Below, piece after piece: positions 20,575-31,404 of a stretch of DNA of 64,000 nucleotides (position 1 is the stretch's first letter; every line of letters begins with the position of its first letter). The notes beneath the pieces are model-generated. The model was not told the DNA's origin. It made no database searches and saw nothing but the letters and a program-made list of their open reading frames with translations. The stretch is from Thermodesulfovibrionales bacterium (GTDB lineage: Bacteria > Nitrospirota > Thermodesulfovibrionia > Thermodesulfovibrionales > SM23-35): contig CAVQRT010000007.1 in NCBI GenBank assembly GCA_963715195.1, positions 320,001 to 384,000 of the forward strand, read 5' to 3'. The translations under genes were made by a program, and so were the position numbers.

Positions 20575-22455
20575 CTATTCTTTCGAATCCTGGATTATCT
20601 GTTCCACATCAGCCTTTTCAAGCGTCTCTTCCTTGATCAGCGCCTCTGCAAGTACATCAAGCGTATGCTTTTTCACTGTCAATATTTCAGTCGCCCTTGA
20701 TTCAGCATCGATGATCATTTTCTGGATCTCCTGGTCCATAAGCCAGGCCATCTCCTCACTGTAACGCTTTGGTAGGGACAGCTCCCTTCCCAGGAACGGA
20801 TGTTCTTCTCCGCGTCCGAGATTTATCGGGCCAACCCTGTCGCTCATTCCCCACTGCGCCACCATCTTCTCTGCCAGCGAAGTTGCTTCTTTCAGATCGT
20901 TCTGTGCGCCGCTGCTGACGTCGCTAAAAACAATTTTTTCCGCAACTCTTCCGGCAAGGGCTATACTCAATCTGTTCATAAGATAAGTGCGTGGATAATA
21001 ATGTCTGTCTTCCCCGGGCAGGAGCTGCGTAACTCCCATCGCCATACCACGCGGGATAATGCTCACCTTATATATGGGATCAGCACCGGGAAGTTCCCAT
21101 GCGACAAGGGTATGTCCTGCCTCATGATATGCAGTGATCCGTTTTTCAGTATCGCTTATGGTCTCCTCTTTCACTGCCCCCATAAGAATAATGTCCTGGG
21201 CCTCCTCAAAGTCGTGCATATCTATTGCTTCTTTGTTCTTTCTCGTAGCAACGAGTGCGGCCTTGTTTGTAAGATTCTCAAGGTCAGCGCCTGTCATGCC
21301 AGAGGTGCCTCTCGCCAGCTTCTCAAAATCGACATTATCTGCCAGCACCTTGCCCCTGACATGGATTTCAAGGATCGCCTTCCGTTCTTTCCAGCCCGGC
21401 TTGTCTATCACGACATGCCGGTCGAACCTCCCAGGCCTCAAAAGTGCGGGATCCAACACGTCCGGTCTGTTCGTGGCTGCCATAACAATCACTTCCTCGT
21501 GCGCATCGAATCCGTCCATTTCACTTAAGAGCTGGTTCAGTGTCTGTTCCCTTTCATCATGTCCGCCTCCAAGCCCTGCACCCCGTGTACGGCCTACAGC
21601 ATCGATCTCATCGATAAAAATAATGCTTGGCTGGGACGCCTTCGCCTTTTTGAACATATCCCTGACGCGTGAGGCGCCGACTCCTACAAACATCTCGATG
21701 AATTCAGAAGCGCTGATGCTGTAAAAAGGCACCGCTGCCTCACCTGCTGTTGCGCGCGCAAAAAGGGTCTTGCCCGTTCCCGGAGGCCCAATCAGAAGCA
21801 CTCCCTTGGGAACTTTCGCTCCGAGTTTCGCGAATCGGGAGGGGTCTTTTAGAAACTCTATCGTCTCTCTCAATTCAATCTTTACATTGTCCATGCCTGC
21901 AACATCTTTAAAGGTTATACTCGGTTTTTTCGTATCATACAGTTTGGCCTTGCTTGCTCCGAACGCAAAGAGCCCTCCCGGGCCACCCTGAATCTTCTGA
22001 TTCCTCCTCATTATCAGGACCCAGATACCGATGATCAGCGCCCATGGAAGGATCCCGATAAGAATCTGCCAGAAATATCCCTGTTCAGAGGACTCGATAG
22101 TGATAATCACATTTTTTTCCCTCAGTTGAGACAGAAGTCCTTCACCCTGGAAAGAAGGCAGGACGGTCTGAAAGTATTTCACCTGTGCGGGTTTCTTTTC
22201 CCCCTGAAACTGTATGTTCACCTCATTAACGAATTCACCGCCCACGTCCAGCTTTTTAATTAAAACGGACTTGACATTGCCTGCGTTCAGCTGCTCCATA
22301 AACTGACTGTAATTTATCGTATATTGCGCGGGAGCACTTGTGCTGAAAAAGCTATTCCATGCATATGACAATGCAATAATTAGAAAAAATACCGCAATGT
22401 ACCTCCAATATGTACCGGGAATACCGCCTATCCCGCTTTTCTTATCTTCAGCCAT
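20575..22455 (-). CDS. ftsH: ATP-dependent zinc metalloprotease FtsH
   Basis: Two transmembrane helices, [21 protein letters not shown] and HEAGH. Confidence 0.95.
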   Translation of the reverse strand: MAEDKKSGIGGIPGTYWRYIAVFFLIIALSYAWNSFFSTSAPAQYTINYSQFMEQLNAGNVKSVLIKKLDVGGEFVNEVNIQFQGEKKPAQVKYFQTVLPSFQGEGLLSQLREKNVIITIESSEQGYFWQILIGILPWALIIGIWVLIMRRNQKIQGGPGGLFAFGASKAKLYDTKKPSITFKDVAGMDNVKIELRETIEFLKDPSRFAKLGAKVPKGVLLIGPPGTGKTLFARATAGEAAVPFYSISASEFIEMFVGVGASRVRDMFKKAKASQPSIIFIDEIDAVGRTRGAGLGGGHDEREQTLNQLLSEMDGFDAHEEVIVMAATNRPDVLDPALLRPGRFDRHVVIDKPGWKERKAILEIHVRGKVLADNVDFEKLARGTSGMTGADLENLTNKAALVATRKNKEAIDMHDFEEAQDIILMGAVKEETISDTEKRITAYHEAGHTLVAWELPGADPIYKVSIIPRGMAMGVTQLLPGEDRHYYPRTYLMNRLSIALAGRVAEKIVFSDVSSGAQNDLKEATSLAEKMVAQWGMSDRVGPINLGRGEEHPFLGRELSLPKRYSEEMAWLMDQEIQKMIIDAESRATEILTVKKHTLDVLAEALIKEETLEKADVEQIIQDSKE

Positions 22456-22583
22456 GATTCATGCCTGTCTTCATCCTTTTTGAGGCACATCCTCCATCTG
22501 TTTCCTATTCATGAATATCTCGGTACATCGACTTTCCTGAAATCGATATAGCCCCGGTCAAAGTCTACAAATGTTCCGTAGGG

Positions 22584-22772
22584 TCAGGCAATTTTTTCTA
22601 TGAACTGTTTGAAGCGTTCAATTCGGCCTTCCATTCCTACCGCACTTTTTAACATCAGCTACAAACGCAATACCCGTCCCCGGCTTATGGTGCTGCCAGC
22701 AGATTGAGCGGCTTCTGCGATTCGGCCTGTTTCTGTGGTCTTGACCATTGCTACGATTAACTTAAATTTCAT
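22584..22772 (-). pseudogene. P-II family signalling protein remnant
   Basis: Start MKFKLIVAMVK...AEAAQSAG, then KPGTGIAFVADV and SAVGMEG in shifted frames; central part missing. Confidence 0.55.
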
Positions 22773-22938
22773 GTCATTTCTCTTTGGCTATTCTCTAATT
22801 ACTCAACACCGTCCAGCGTGCGATTTGAGCATAACCAATCACAGTTATTATAGAAGAAATACTTGCAACAGCAATTAATCCAAATCCGTCCAAGAGTTGA
22901 TTACGCCCCCGAATTGTTTGAGAAAGTCCATTTTTATA

Positions 22939-23766
22939 TCATAACAGCTGTTTCAATGTTTCTATGTTTGATTTATCGTATTTCTGTTTTTTCCATTTGA
23001 AAGGAATATCGATAATCTCTCCCGCCTTGTCTATCGAATAGAGTGCTTTAAAAGCTTCTATGAGTACAGCCCTTTGCTGAGTCACGCTAAATGGCTCTCC
23101 AAGAGGATGTCCAAATGGCCATCTGAGATAAATTGTTCTTGGTGGTTTTATTTTTTCAGTATACTTTCTCAAAATAGATATTCCTACAGTTGATATTCCA
23201 ACTCTTTCAATTTCTCGTTGTATCAATCCAACGGATTGGTTGCATATGCCTCAGCCAGGTGTTAGCAGAACAATATCTACGCGATCAGATTTGAGTCTAT
23301 TAGCAACTTCGGGAGCTGTTATTTTTATAAGAGTCTCGATATGAGGACCCAAGATATGCCCCATGAAACCATAATGCCAATCTGGTAGTCTGCCTATTGT
23401 GCCCTCTTTTTCGAACTCTCTCAGTCTATCAATGGGAAACACAACATTGATGTCCTTGTCTGCATCGGTATGGTCATAGTAATCATGGGTTATCATGAGA
23501 TCAGTTAATGGCTTCGATATATCAATTGTCCTGAACGTTGGATCACCATTTGGGTCCACCATGTCAAAATGCTTCTGCGCTTTATCATGCACACCTGCCG
23601 TGGTAACCACAGCTAATGTGCTATCTCTTAAAGCCTTTTTTAAAGGCGTCCACGGTATTCCCTCCGATTCCATCGGTTTGTATAAACCGGTTAACAGTTT
23701 TACAAGCAAGGGAAAGTGAGTTAAAATCTTTGCGATGAGCCTATTTTTTATCCGATGACCTACCAT
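22939..23766 (-). CDS. GrdB/PrdB-like reductase selenoprotein (UxxC), one gene read through TGA 23251-23253
   Basis: ORFs 23251..23766 and 22939..23226 are in frame: LLTPG-TGA-GICNQSVGLIQREIERVGISTV; also DINVVFPIDRL and PFGHPLG. Confidence 0.9.
23224..23238 (-). promoter_or_regulatory. Putative bacterial SECIS element
   Basis: CAATCC-GTT-GGATTG hairpin with the loop G 19 nt after the TGA. Confidence 0.65.
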
Positions 23767-23992
23767 GAAAACCTCTTACAACCAATTACTAAACTGTTAG
23801 ATAGAGTTTTAAGAATATCTCTCTCACTTCTGCATCAAAGATAAATACTATACGAATAATTATTAATTGAAGGTTGCATCATTTTAGCAGGTACTTTATT
23901 AAAGGTACATTAGATTTTGAGTGACTGATACTTTTGGGGTACTTTTTCAGGTGTGTTTTATAAGCGAGGATAGTCTCTTCAGAATCTTCTTT

Positions 23993-25197
23993 CTAGTTAT
24001 CGGTCTCAGCTATCCAGAAGTGCGCATTGTCTGATAGCTCATCCCCGGGGAATGCCTTGATAAACCCTTCAAACTTTTCCCGGGATTCTCTGTAATGCTT
24101 TTTTTTGAAAGCGGTATAGGCTTCATCATACTGATGCGCGCTGTCACCCGGTGATGACTGCGTGGCAGTTTCAACATCCCCCGGCTGAACCTCTTCTTGA
24201 GACTCTTCAGGTTTTCTTTCCGTTCGCAAAACAACAAAATGCGCTCTTCTGTTCTTTGCCCAGCATTCTTCTGTCTGTTCCATGCACTGGGGCTTCTCTT
24301 CACCGTAACTGACGATCTCAATCCTTTTCGAAGCAACTCCGAGAGCGATGAGGAAATCTCTCACCGACTTTGCCCTCCTGTCCCCGAGTGCAAGATTGTA
24401 TTCATTGGTTCCCCGCTCATCACAATGCCCTTCAACAGAGAGATTTGCACTGGGATTTTTCAAGAGCCAGGAAGAGATATTATTCAGGACCTGTCTGTCT
24501 TCCGGTTTGATATCATATTTATCAAAATCAAAATAGATGTCTGCAAAAAGCCTGCTCTCCTCGCTGAATCTGGCCGGCTCTTCTGTTGTCTCAATCTTTG
24601 CGAGCTGTTGTTCCGTAATTCTCTCCTCCGGCTTCAGTGCTCCCCTCTTGTCCATGGTTGCATCTGATAACTGCTGGGCAAAGGTTTGACCTGCTGGGCA
24701 ACAGGTTTGACCTGCTGAGCAACAGGTTTCTGCGAGCATCCAAGCTGAAACAGACTGCAGAGGTATGCGTGTAGTGACTCAATTATCGGATTAGTCGTAA
24801 TAGGGTCCCATTTTATTTCTACATTGAGATTGACTGAATCGCTTGTGCCATCCGAATAAAGTAATGTTCTATGTAGCAGTCTTCTCATGCCCGTTTCACA
24901 AGCACTTTCCTGAAAAGTCAGTTCCTCTATTTCCTGGTATTTTTCCGGATGTTTCGGTATCTTTCTTGTCCATACCCTTACATAATGTTGTGGGAGATCG
25001 CTGATACAGCGATCAAGCGAAGGGAGACAACATCGTGTACAAAATGAACAGGTTACCTCACTGCATTGAATGCTATTCTCATCAAGATAATACTGCTGAT
25101 CGTTATTTTCGGCAAACAATTCCCATTCGGCAGCTTTTGCGGACTGCGCAATAAGAAATGATACAAAAAGAAATACAACAATATTCTTCATGAACAT
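23993..25197 (-). pseudogene. Chimeric secreted domain + Pal/OmpA domain + partial CpoB(YbgF)-like TPR, frameshifted near 24681
   Basis: ORF 24634..25197 runs into KPVAQQV repeats; one missing base shifts into ORF 23993..24739 with IYFDFDK, EGHCDERGTNEYNLALGDRRA and NRRAHF. Confidence 0.7.
24671..24729. repeat. 21-bp tandem repeat, about three copies, one with a 1-bp deletion
   Basis: Unit CTGCTGGGCAACAGGTTTGAC; copy 24671-24690 is 20 bp. Confidence 0.85.
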
Positions 25198-25814
25198 GAA
25201 AAATATCTTTCCTTTTGTAATATTTCTACCCTCCTTATATTGATAACACCTTTCGTCTTGCTCAATATTATGCTAAAACTCAATGTGGCTTCTGTGATGA
25301 TCATCACTATGAAAATCTCGTGCGGAGGAGAAACGGGTGAGATTTTAGGAGTTAGATTTAATACGTAGTTTCAGTTCCCATTTCATTCGAAAACATAAAA
25401 TATGCTTCAAAAAGGCACTTTCCGTTAATTTATTAATTTCTATTTATACTACTGCGATGAAAGAAAAGATCATCGTTGCGCATTCCAGGAAGAAGCATTT
25501 TTATGTCTGACGACTTGAACGAAGACTAATGAATTGACCACCTATAGGATTCTTGCCGTAGCATTAATGCAATTCCCGCCATAATTAGAAAACCGGCCAC
25601 GCTTATCCATAAGATGCGGAATCCTACACATTCGAACACCCTTCTCTTACACCACTTCGCAAGTGAACTTTCCATGAATTCTCTTAGCCTGCGGATATCA
25701 CCTGCCCTTGCTTCTTAATACTACATAGAATCATTTCATATCCTACTGCGGTAGGATTGAATATGGTGCCAAAAATACACAGAATTATTATAGGTCACAT
25801 ATTAGAGGTAAATA

Positions 25815-27083
25815 ATGTATATGAACCATTTGATAATATTTATAGTCCTGCTATCATTGTCACTTATTATTGTATCAATCATGAGACAATACTACGTGAC
25901 ACGCATTAAGGACATGGAACGGAGTAATATTGAGTTTGATAGAAAGTATCAGGGGGAGATACTGAGCAGGGACGATCAAATCCGAAAATATGAAAGGAAA
26001 ACAGAAATCCTTAATAGTGTTGTTGCCCGTTATGGGTCGTTCATGTTGAAAATTCCTTCTATAGTTCAAAGGCTTAATACCACAGCTGATTTTAAAGAAG
26101 TTACCACAACAATTACGCAGTTAGTCAGTGACATTGTGCCAACAAAAAAAGTTGATCTTTACTATCTCGATACAACAGATAATCTTCTGAAAAAGGTTTC
26201 TTCATCAAAGCATGGCAATAATAAGGAGGTTGCCTATGCTTTAGGAGAAGGACTCATCGGAAAAGCTGCACGGGAACGGATGGTATGGCGTAAGGAACAG
26301 TTAGAGACTATTTATGCTCAGACAAAAAACGACCACCAAACTGATGAAGATCTGTGGATGGCTGTTCCAATTTGTTTCAGAGAAAGAGTGCTTGGAGTGA
26401 TTGGTATCGGTCACGTTGCTTTTCCTGTTGGAAACGAGAGTGACAGCATGAGGATGATAGCAAATTTAGCAGGTGTGGCATTGATAAACCAGGCGATGCT
26501 GGGTGAGGCAAAAGACAAGGCAAATACCGATTCTCTCACAGGGCTTAATAACCGTCATTATCTACAGCATATGGCGCAGACTTTTGTTGAGAAGGCTCTC
26601 AGAGAGAATACACCAATCTCCATTTTTCTTTTTGATATCGATAATTTCAAACATTACAACGACACGAATGGACATGATGCAGGAGATAAGCTGCTGGTAG
26701 AGCTTAGTGATCTTGCCCGCAGTGTTACCAGGAAAAATTCTGTTATTATTCGATATGGGGGTGAAGAGTTTCTCGTTGTGCTACCCGCGATATCGAAAGA
26801 GGAAGCATCTGTCTATGCTGAGAGATTTAGAGAAAAGGTTTCATCTCATCCTTTTCCCCACAGGGAAAATCAACCACTTGGATGCTTGTCAATAAGCGGA
26901 GGAATTGCAAGTTTTCCTGCTGACGGTGAGACGATATTCAAGGTAATTCAGCATGCGGATAGGGCTTTGTATCAGGCCAAGTCTGACGGCAAAAACCGCA
27001 TTTTACAGTATACTCAAGAGTGTTTTTCTGATGTTGATACTGAGCAAGATGTTTTACACGTACCTCATTTAACATTGACATAA
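25815..27083 (+). CDS. GAF-GGDEF diguanylate cyclase with an N-terminal membrane anchor
   Basis: DSLTGLNNR, DIDNFKHYND, RYGGEEF and ADRALYQAK. Confidence 0.92.
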   Translation: MYMNHLIIFIVLLSLSLIIVSIMRQYYVTRIKDMERSNIEFDRKYQGEILSRDDQIRKYERKTEILNSVVARYGSFMLKIPSIVQRLNTTADFKEVTTTITQLVSDIVPTKKVDLYYLDTTDNLLKKVSSSKHGNNKEVAYALGEGLIGKAARERMVWRKEQLETIYAQTKNDHQTDEDLWMAVPICFRERVLGVIGIGHVAFPVGNESDSMRMIANLAGVALINQAMLGEAKDKANTDSLTGLNNRHYLQHMAQTFVEKALRENTPISIFLFDIDNFKHYNDTNGHDAGDKLLVELSDLARSVTRKNSVIIRYGGEEFLVVLPAISKEEASVYAERFREKVSSHPFPHRENQPLGCLSISGGIASFPADGETIFKVIQHADRALYQAKSDGKNRILQYTQECFSDVDTEQDVLHVPHLTLT

Positions 27084-27215
27084 TCGTTTACAATCGGTTC
27101 GCCTATTTCCTGCATCTCTTCCTCGGATGTCCAGGGCCTAACGCCCTGCTCAACGAGGAAGCAACGAATAATAATAAAAATAGTGTTTACGAACAACAAG
27201 TGTTGAGATAGAGCG

Positions 27216-27488
27216 TTATCTATCAGAAGACACCTTTACCATCTCTATAGGTTGCTCCTTGCCACAGTGTTTGCAAATATGTGCATTTTCTTTAATGATC
27301 TCTGCACAGTAAGGACATTCCTTGGTATATCCTTTAGATACCAGAGGTGGGAGCACAATAATAACAGCAATAAGTAACGGAACGATTGCACATAGGATAA
27401 ACCACAATATCGGGCTGCGCCCTTTTCTTATAGCTATAATACTACCTACAATTCCTGCAATAATAATCAGAATAAAATATCGAAACAA
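27216..27488 (-). CDS. Small membrane protein with a zinc ribbon
   Basis: Two hydrophobic helices; CPYCAE...CKHCG. Confidence 0.75.
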   Translation of the reverse strand: MFRYFILIIIAGIVGSIIAIRKGRSPILWFILCAIVPLLIAVIIVLPPLVSKGYTKECPYCAEIIKENAHICKHCGKEQPIEMVKVSSDR

Positions 27489-27519
27489 TGGGATTCCTCA
27501 CATTTTTATGATTATTCTT

Positions 27520-28389
27520 TTATCTTTTCTGTATATCACCTACACCAATAAATGGTACTGCCCCACCACCTGTGACCTGCGGGAGGATTCCGTTCCATTT
27601 CTCTATCGCCTTGAGATTGGCCTCTATCTTTCTGAGCTCTATAAGGTCCCGTGAAATATTTGCTTTCTGCAGCCTCAATGACTCTGCCTCTGCCTTTGCT
27701 GCCGTAATCTTCTGCTCTGCTTCAATCTTTATCCTTTCAAGGTCTCGCTTTGACTTTAGCGCAAGCTGCTCTGCCGTTTGCTTTGCCTCAATAGCCTCTG
27801 TAAATACTTTGGAGAAACTGAATGAGACAATAGAAAATGTGTCAACTGCAATGTTATACGCCAGGAGTCTTTCAGCAAGCGCTGCTCTCATTGCCTCGCT
27901 TACTGCTGGCCTCTTTGTTATAAGTTCTTCTGCTGTATACTGGGCTGTTACTGCTTTCATTACTTCCTGTATTGCAGGGTCTATAATGCGCTCCTTGAAT
28001 TGTACACCGATGGTTTGGTAGACAACATTTGCTTTATCAGGTATTACATGATAGTTGAGCGCAACCGATGAGGTCACATCCTGAAGATCGGATGAAGCAG
28101 CTGCGGCATCAGTCACTGCCTTCTGCACCTTGACATCCACTATGGCAACCGTCTGTTTTATAGGCATCCTGAAATGCAGTCCTTCATTCATCACGGTATC
28201 TTGAACAGCGCCAAAATTGAGGAGAACCCCTCTTTCACCTGCACCTATCTGAACCCATGGTCTAAAAAACAGGAAAACCAGCAGAATTCCACCAATAATT
28301 ACTACTAACCTCAAAGGTAGTTTCTTCATAGCAGACTGCATTGCTACCTTTGTTGCCTCTTTTGCCCTGTAAACATCTTGCTCATCCAT
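27520..28389 (-). CDS. Prohibitin/SPFH (band 7) protein
   Basis: One TM helix, AGERGV, SSDLQDV, AIEAKQTAEQ coiled coil and KWNG. Confidence 0.9.
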   Translation of the reverse strand: MDEQDVYRAKEATKVAMQSAMKKLPLRLVVIIGGILLVFLFFRPWVQIGAGERGVLLNFGAVQDTVMNEGLHFRMPIKQTVAIVDVKVQKAVTDAAAASSDLQDVTSSVALNYHVIPDKANVVYQTIGVQFKERIIDPAIQEVMKAVTAQYTAEELITKRPAVSEAMRAALAERLLAYNIAVDTFSIVSFSFSKVFTEAIEAKQTAEQLALKSKRDLERIKIEAEQKITAAKAEAESLRLQKANISRDLIELRKIEANLKAIEKWNGILPQVTGGGAVPFIGVGDIQKR

Positions 28390-28501
28390 TATGCTGCCTC
28401 CTTTGTAATTATTTAAAACTGTTCACTATTATAAAGATGTGGAAGGAGGTGAGACATCAAAATCCCAATACTTTGGTGAGTAATGGTTAATAATTTTCGA
28501 T

Positions 28502-29008
28502 TTATACATAGGCTTCTTCGACAATTGTAGTTGAAATACTTGTTGTTTTAGGAACGTAACGAAAAGTTATTTTTAACCCATGACCATCATCACAGGAACA
28601 AGTATCATTTGAAAGATCATAGTGCACATTCTCCATCCCAAAGATTTCATTCATGAAAGGGCGCAGTTTGAGTGAATTGAACTTAACAGCTTTTGATTTT
28701 GCAAACCATCCCTGAAAAAATATCTGAGCAGAAAAATCTACGAGTCTTCCTTCATGAAAGATAACGTCGAGGATGCCCCACATTTTATCTGATTCTTTGA
28801 ATTGAAATACCTGTTTGTCAGAACCCTCCGGCAAGATTGGAGCTATAACTATAGATTTACTTTGAGAGGTATCCGTTATATCAGTCAAACAATCACTGCC
28901 AAATCTGTCAATAATATCTAATCGGGAATGAAGCACCCTAAAATCAGCAAGAAATTCAGAAATGAGGGTCAAATATGGAATTTTACAAAATGGCTCGTAT
29001 TGCCGCAT
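28502..29008 (-). CDS. Hypothetical protein
   Basis: Long ORF in an AT-rich stretch; GAGG upstream of ATG 29008. Confidence 0.5.
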   Translation of the reverse strand: MRQYEPFCKIPYLTLISEFLADFRVLHSRLDIIDRFGSDCLTDITDTSQSKSIVIAPILPEGSDKQVFQFKESDKMWGILDVIFHEGRLVDFSAQIFFQGWFAKSKAVKFNSLKLRPFMNEIFGMENVHYDLSNDTCSCDDGHGLKITFRYVPKTTSISTTIVEEAYV

Positions 29009-29076
29009 TGAATTTCCTCTTACGTATCTTCTGTTATTCAACTTTCAATTTTTCTTATATCAAAGAGTTTTAGCTA

Positions 29077-29550
29077 TTAGTTATAGTTAAGAGTACGTCG
29101 TATATAACCAGAATAATCCTTCATTATCGGTTCATACGTCGTGTTTAATAAAGACGATGATATCATAAAATCGGCTGTTGAACGATTACATGCAGTTGGT
29201 ATATTGTATAAAACTGCAATTCTCAGCAGGGCCTTTACATCAACATCATGCGGTTGCGGCTCCATTGGATCCCAAAGGAAGATTACTAAATCAATGTCTC
29301 CCTCTGCTATCATCGCACCTAATTGTTGGTCCCCTCCCAGAGGCCCCGATTTTAATAAAGTTATTTCATATCGGACAGTATCTTCATTTTTCAGCTTAGC
29401 TTTGATAGTCTGTTCAATTAATTTCCCAGTAGTTCCCGTACATATTAATTTATGGACTATTAACAACTTATAGTTCCATTCAACCCATTCAACTAAATCT
29501 TTTTTACGATTATCATGGGCTACTAACGCAATTCGTTTATTTTTTTCCAT
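29077..29550 (-). CDS. mgsA: Methylglyoxal synthase
   Basis: IALVAHD, TGTTG, SGPLGGDQQ and PHDVDVKALLR. Confidence 0.96.
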   Translation of the reverse strand: MEKNKRIALVAHDNRKKDLVEWVEWNYKLLIVHKLICTGTTGKLIEQTIKAKLKNEDTVRYEITLLKSGPLGGDQQLGAMIAEGDIDLVIFLWDPMEPQPHDVDVKALLRIAVLYNIPTACNRSTADFMISSSLLNTTYEPIMKDYSGYIRRTLNYN

Positions 29551-29599
29551 TGCTACCTTTCTCCAATATCAAAAAAGAATCGGGTTCTGATCGATTCAA

Positions 29600-29830
29600 T
29601 TAATCCAATATCTCAAGGACACAACGCTTTTTAAGCTTAGCACCGACAGCACCCAGTATTGTCCTCATTGCCCGTGCTGTATTCCCCTGCTTTCCGATAA
29701 CTTTCCCAATGTCACTCTTAGCAACACGCAATTCAAAAATAGCAGCTATTTCTCCGCCTACTTCGGCCACCATAACTTCCTCCGGTTTATCCACCAACGT
29801 TTTCGCCATGAGCTCAATAAGTGCCTTCAT
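29600..29830 (-). CDS. khpA: KH-domain RNA-binding protein (KhpA-like)
   Basis: DIGKVIGKQGNTARAMRTIL. Confidence 0.88.
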   Translation of the reverse strand: MKALIELMAKTLVDKPEEVMVAEVGGEIAAIFELRVAKSDIGKVIGKQGNTARAMRTILGAVGAKLKKRCVLEILD

Positions 29831-29923
29831 ATCCTCCTCCATAAGCCTTCGGGTTGTTTTTCAGACCCGGGGAAATTTTAAGTTTCTTTTCAATAATCAT
29901 ATCGACCTTTATCGCCAAGAGAT

Positions 29924-30235
29924 CTATCTCCAACCTCTCCCTGCGCCACCACCGTAACCACTGCCTCTCTTATTAAAACCTTGTCGCTTCTGTTGAGGCC
30001 TTGCCTCAGCAACAGTAAGTGATTTTCCTTTGAATTCTTTTCCATTAAGGGTTGCAATCGCCTTTTTTGCATCTTCTTCATTGACCATCTCAATAAAACC
30101 AAATCCTTTAGACCGTTCAGTGAATTGATCCTTCATTATTTTTAGAGATTCAATCTCACCATATTCAGCAAACAGTTCCCTTAAATTTTCTTCAGTTGCG
30201 TTATACGGTATATTTCCAATATACATTTTTCTCAT
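29924..30235 (-). CDS. RRM RNA-binding protein
   Basis: MYIGNI (RNP2), KGFGFIEM (RNP1), Gly/Arg-rich tail. Confidence 0.92.
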   Translation of the reverse strand: MRKMYIGNIPYNATEENLRELFAEYGEIESLKIMKDQFTERSKGFGFIEMVNEEDAKKAIATLNGKEFKGKSLTVAEARPQQKRQGFNKRGSGYGGGAGRGWR

Positions 30236-30690
30236 TTTTTATCTCCTTTTTTGTTTATCAAACCTTGCCCTCTCCAATTATCTCGAAAACTTTTCAATGC
30301 TTCCTTATAAAGATCAGCCTCCTTTATCATTCACTCATTTTTTATCTTTGTTTCTGGTTCAACACCACCGCAATATCTTTTTAAAAAGTCCTCCTTGCTC
30401 ATCTTGTGCCCCAAACATAAACCAGAAACATCGGTTCTATCACACCCTACTGTCTGATACTGTCCATTTAATCTCATTACTTCAGAATGAAACATCATGC
30501 TATTACGTCCGTCACCATATATATATCGAACATGAGGCAAAATAATAGATTTGCCCATGCGATACATGTTCATAGTCTCTCTACTCGTGTAGGTGCATTT
30601 ACTTATATAAAGCGACAAGAGAATCCTTTTTCAGGAATGGAAGCAAAATATGATGTATCCTAATTGGGGAAACCACTGAATAGACAGCGG

Positions 30691-31059
30691 TTACGTGTAT
30701 TGTATCGCAACTTCATAGACGATATCCGAGTGGTTCGTGGAGGAATCTGTGCCTGCGCAGCTCAATGAACCTTTTGCCTCCACTCTGCGGTTTCTAATCA
30801 TGGTAGTTATTACCTGGGTTAGATCAAATCCACCATCAACACAGTCCCGTCTCAAGCAATTTACTACAAAAAAAGCATAACTGTCAGGAGTGAAATGAAA
30901 GGTCCGCAGTATTGATTTTGCCCCGTTCTGTTTATAGGTCATATTCATAACGATGCTTGCAACTTCAGGGAAGCGAGTCATTACAGAACCTGCTTCATGT
31001 TTCTGCTGCATGATTTCCTGCCTCTTCTCCATCATTGCTGTATGCCTACTGTTATTCAT
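30691..31059 (-). CDS. Hypothetical protein with Cys/His residues
   Basis: 122-aa ORF directly downstream of the csp gene; CLRRDC...C...H. Confidence 0.7.
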   Translation of the reverse strand: MNNSRHTAMMEKRQEIMQQKHEAGSVMTRFPEVASIVMNMTYKQNGAKSILRTFHFTPDSYAFFVVNCLRRDCVDGGFDLTQVITTMIRNRRVEAKGSLSCAGTDSSTNHSDIVYEVAIQYT

Positions 31060-31121
31060 ATTCCTCTCATTCCTCCCAACGGAGAAGGCTCCCTCCGGCC
31101 GAGGGAGCCTTGCCCAATTCC

Positions 31122-31322
31122 TTAGAGTTTAACTACATTAATCGCCTTGGGACCTTTCGGGCCTTCTTCGGTATCAAAGCTAACGATGTCACCTTCGGTG
31201 AGGCTCTTAAAGCCATTACCCTGGATAGACGTATGGTGTACAAAAACATCATTGCTGTCTTCACTGGCGATGAAGCCAAACCCTTTGCTGTCATTGAACC
31301 ACTTCACAGTTCCTTGTTTCAT
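31122..31322 (-). CDS. csp: Cold-shock protein
   Basis: GTVKWFN, KGFGFI and DVFVH; AGGAGG upstream. Confidence 0.96.
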   Translation of the reverse strand: MKQGTVKWFNDSKGFGFIASEDSNDVFVHHTSIQGNGFKSLTEGDIVSFDTEEGPKGPKAINVVKL

Positions 31323-31370
31323 GCTATTTACCTCCTTATCCTTAAATTAAAATCTCAGAAGGACTCAATA

Positions 31371-31404
31371 AAAAAGGCCACAAAGCTAAAAGTCTTTGTG
31401 GCCC
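31371..31404 (-). promoter_or_regulatory. Terminator-like hairpin in the csp leader region
   Basis: GGCCACAAAG/CTTTGTGGCC stem followed by a T run on the minus strand, about 50 nt upstream of csp. Confidence 0.55.

Noticed and set aside
23993..23995. Pyrrolysine read-through of the TAG in the CpoB-like segment
   Set aside because: The surrounding sequence is degenerate, the gene also has a frameshift and no pyl genes are in view; decay is the simpler explanation
30240..30618. 95-aa ORF or a ribosomal protein S21 remnant between the RRM gene and the csp-linked gene
   Set aside because: No convincing motif or start signals; similarity is too weak to support a call
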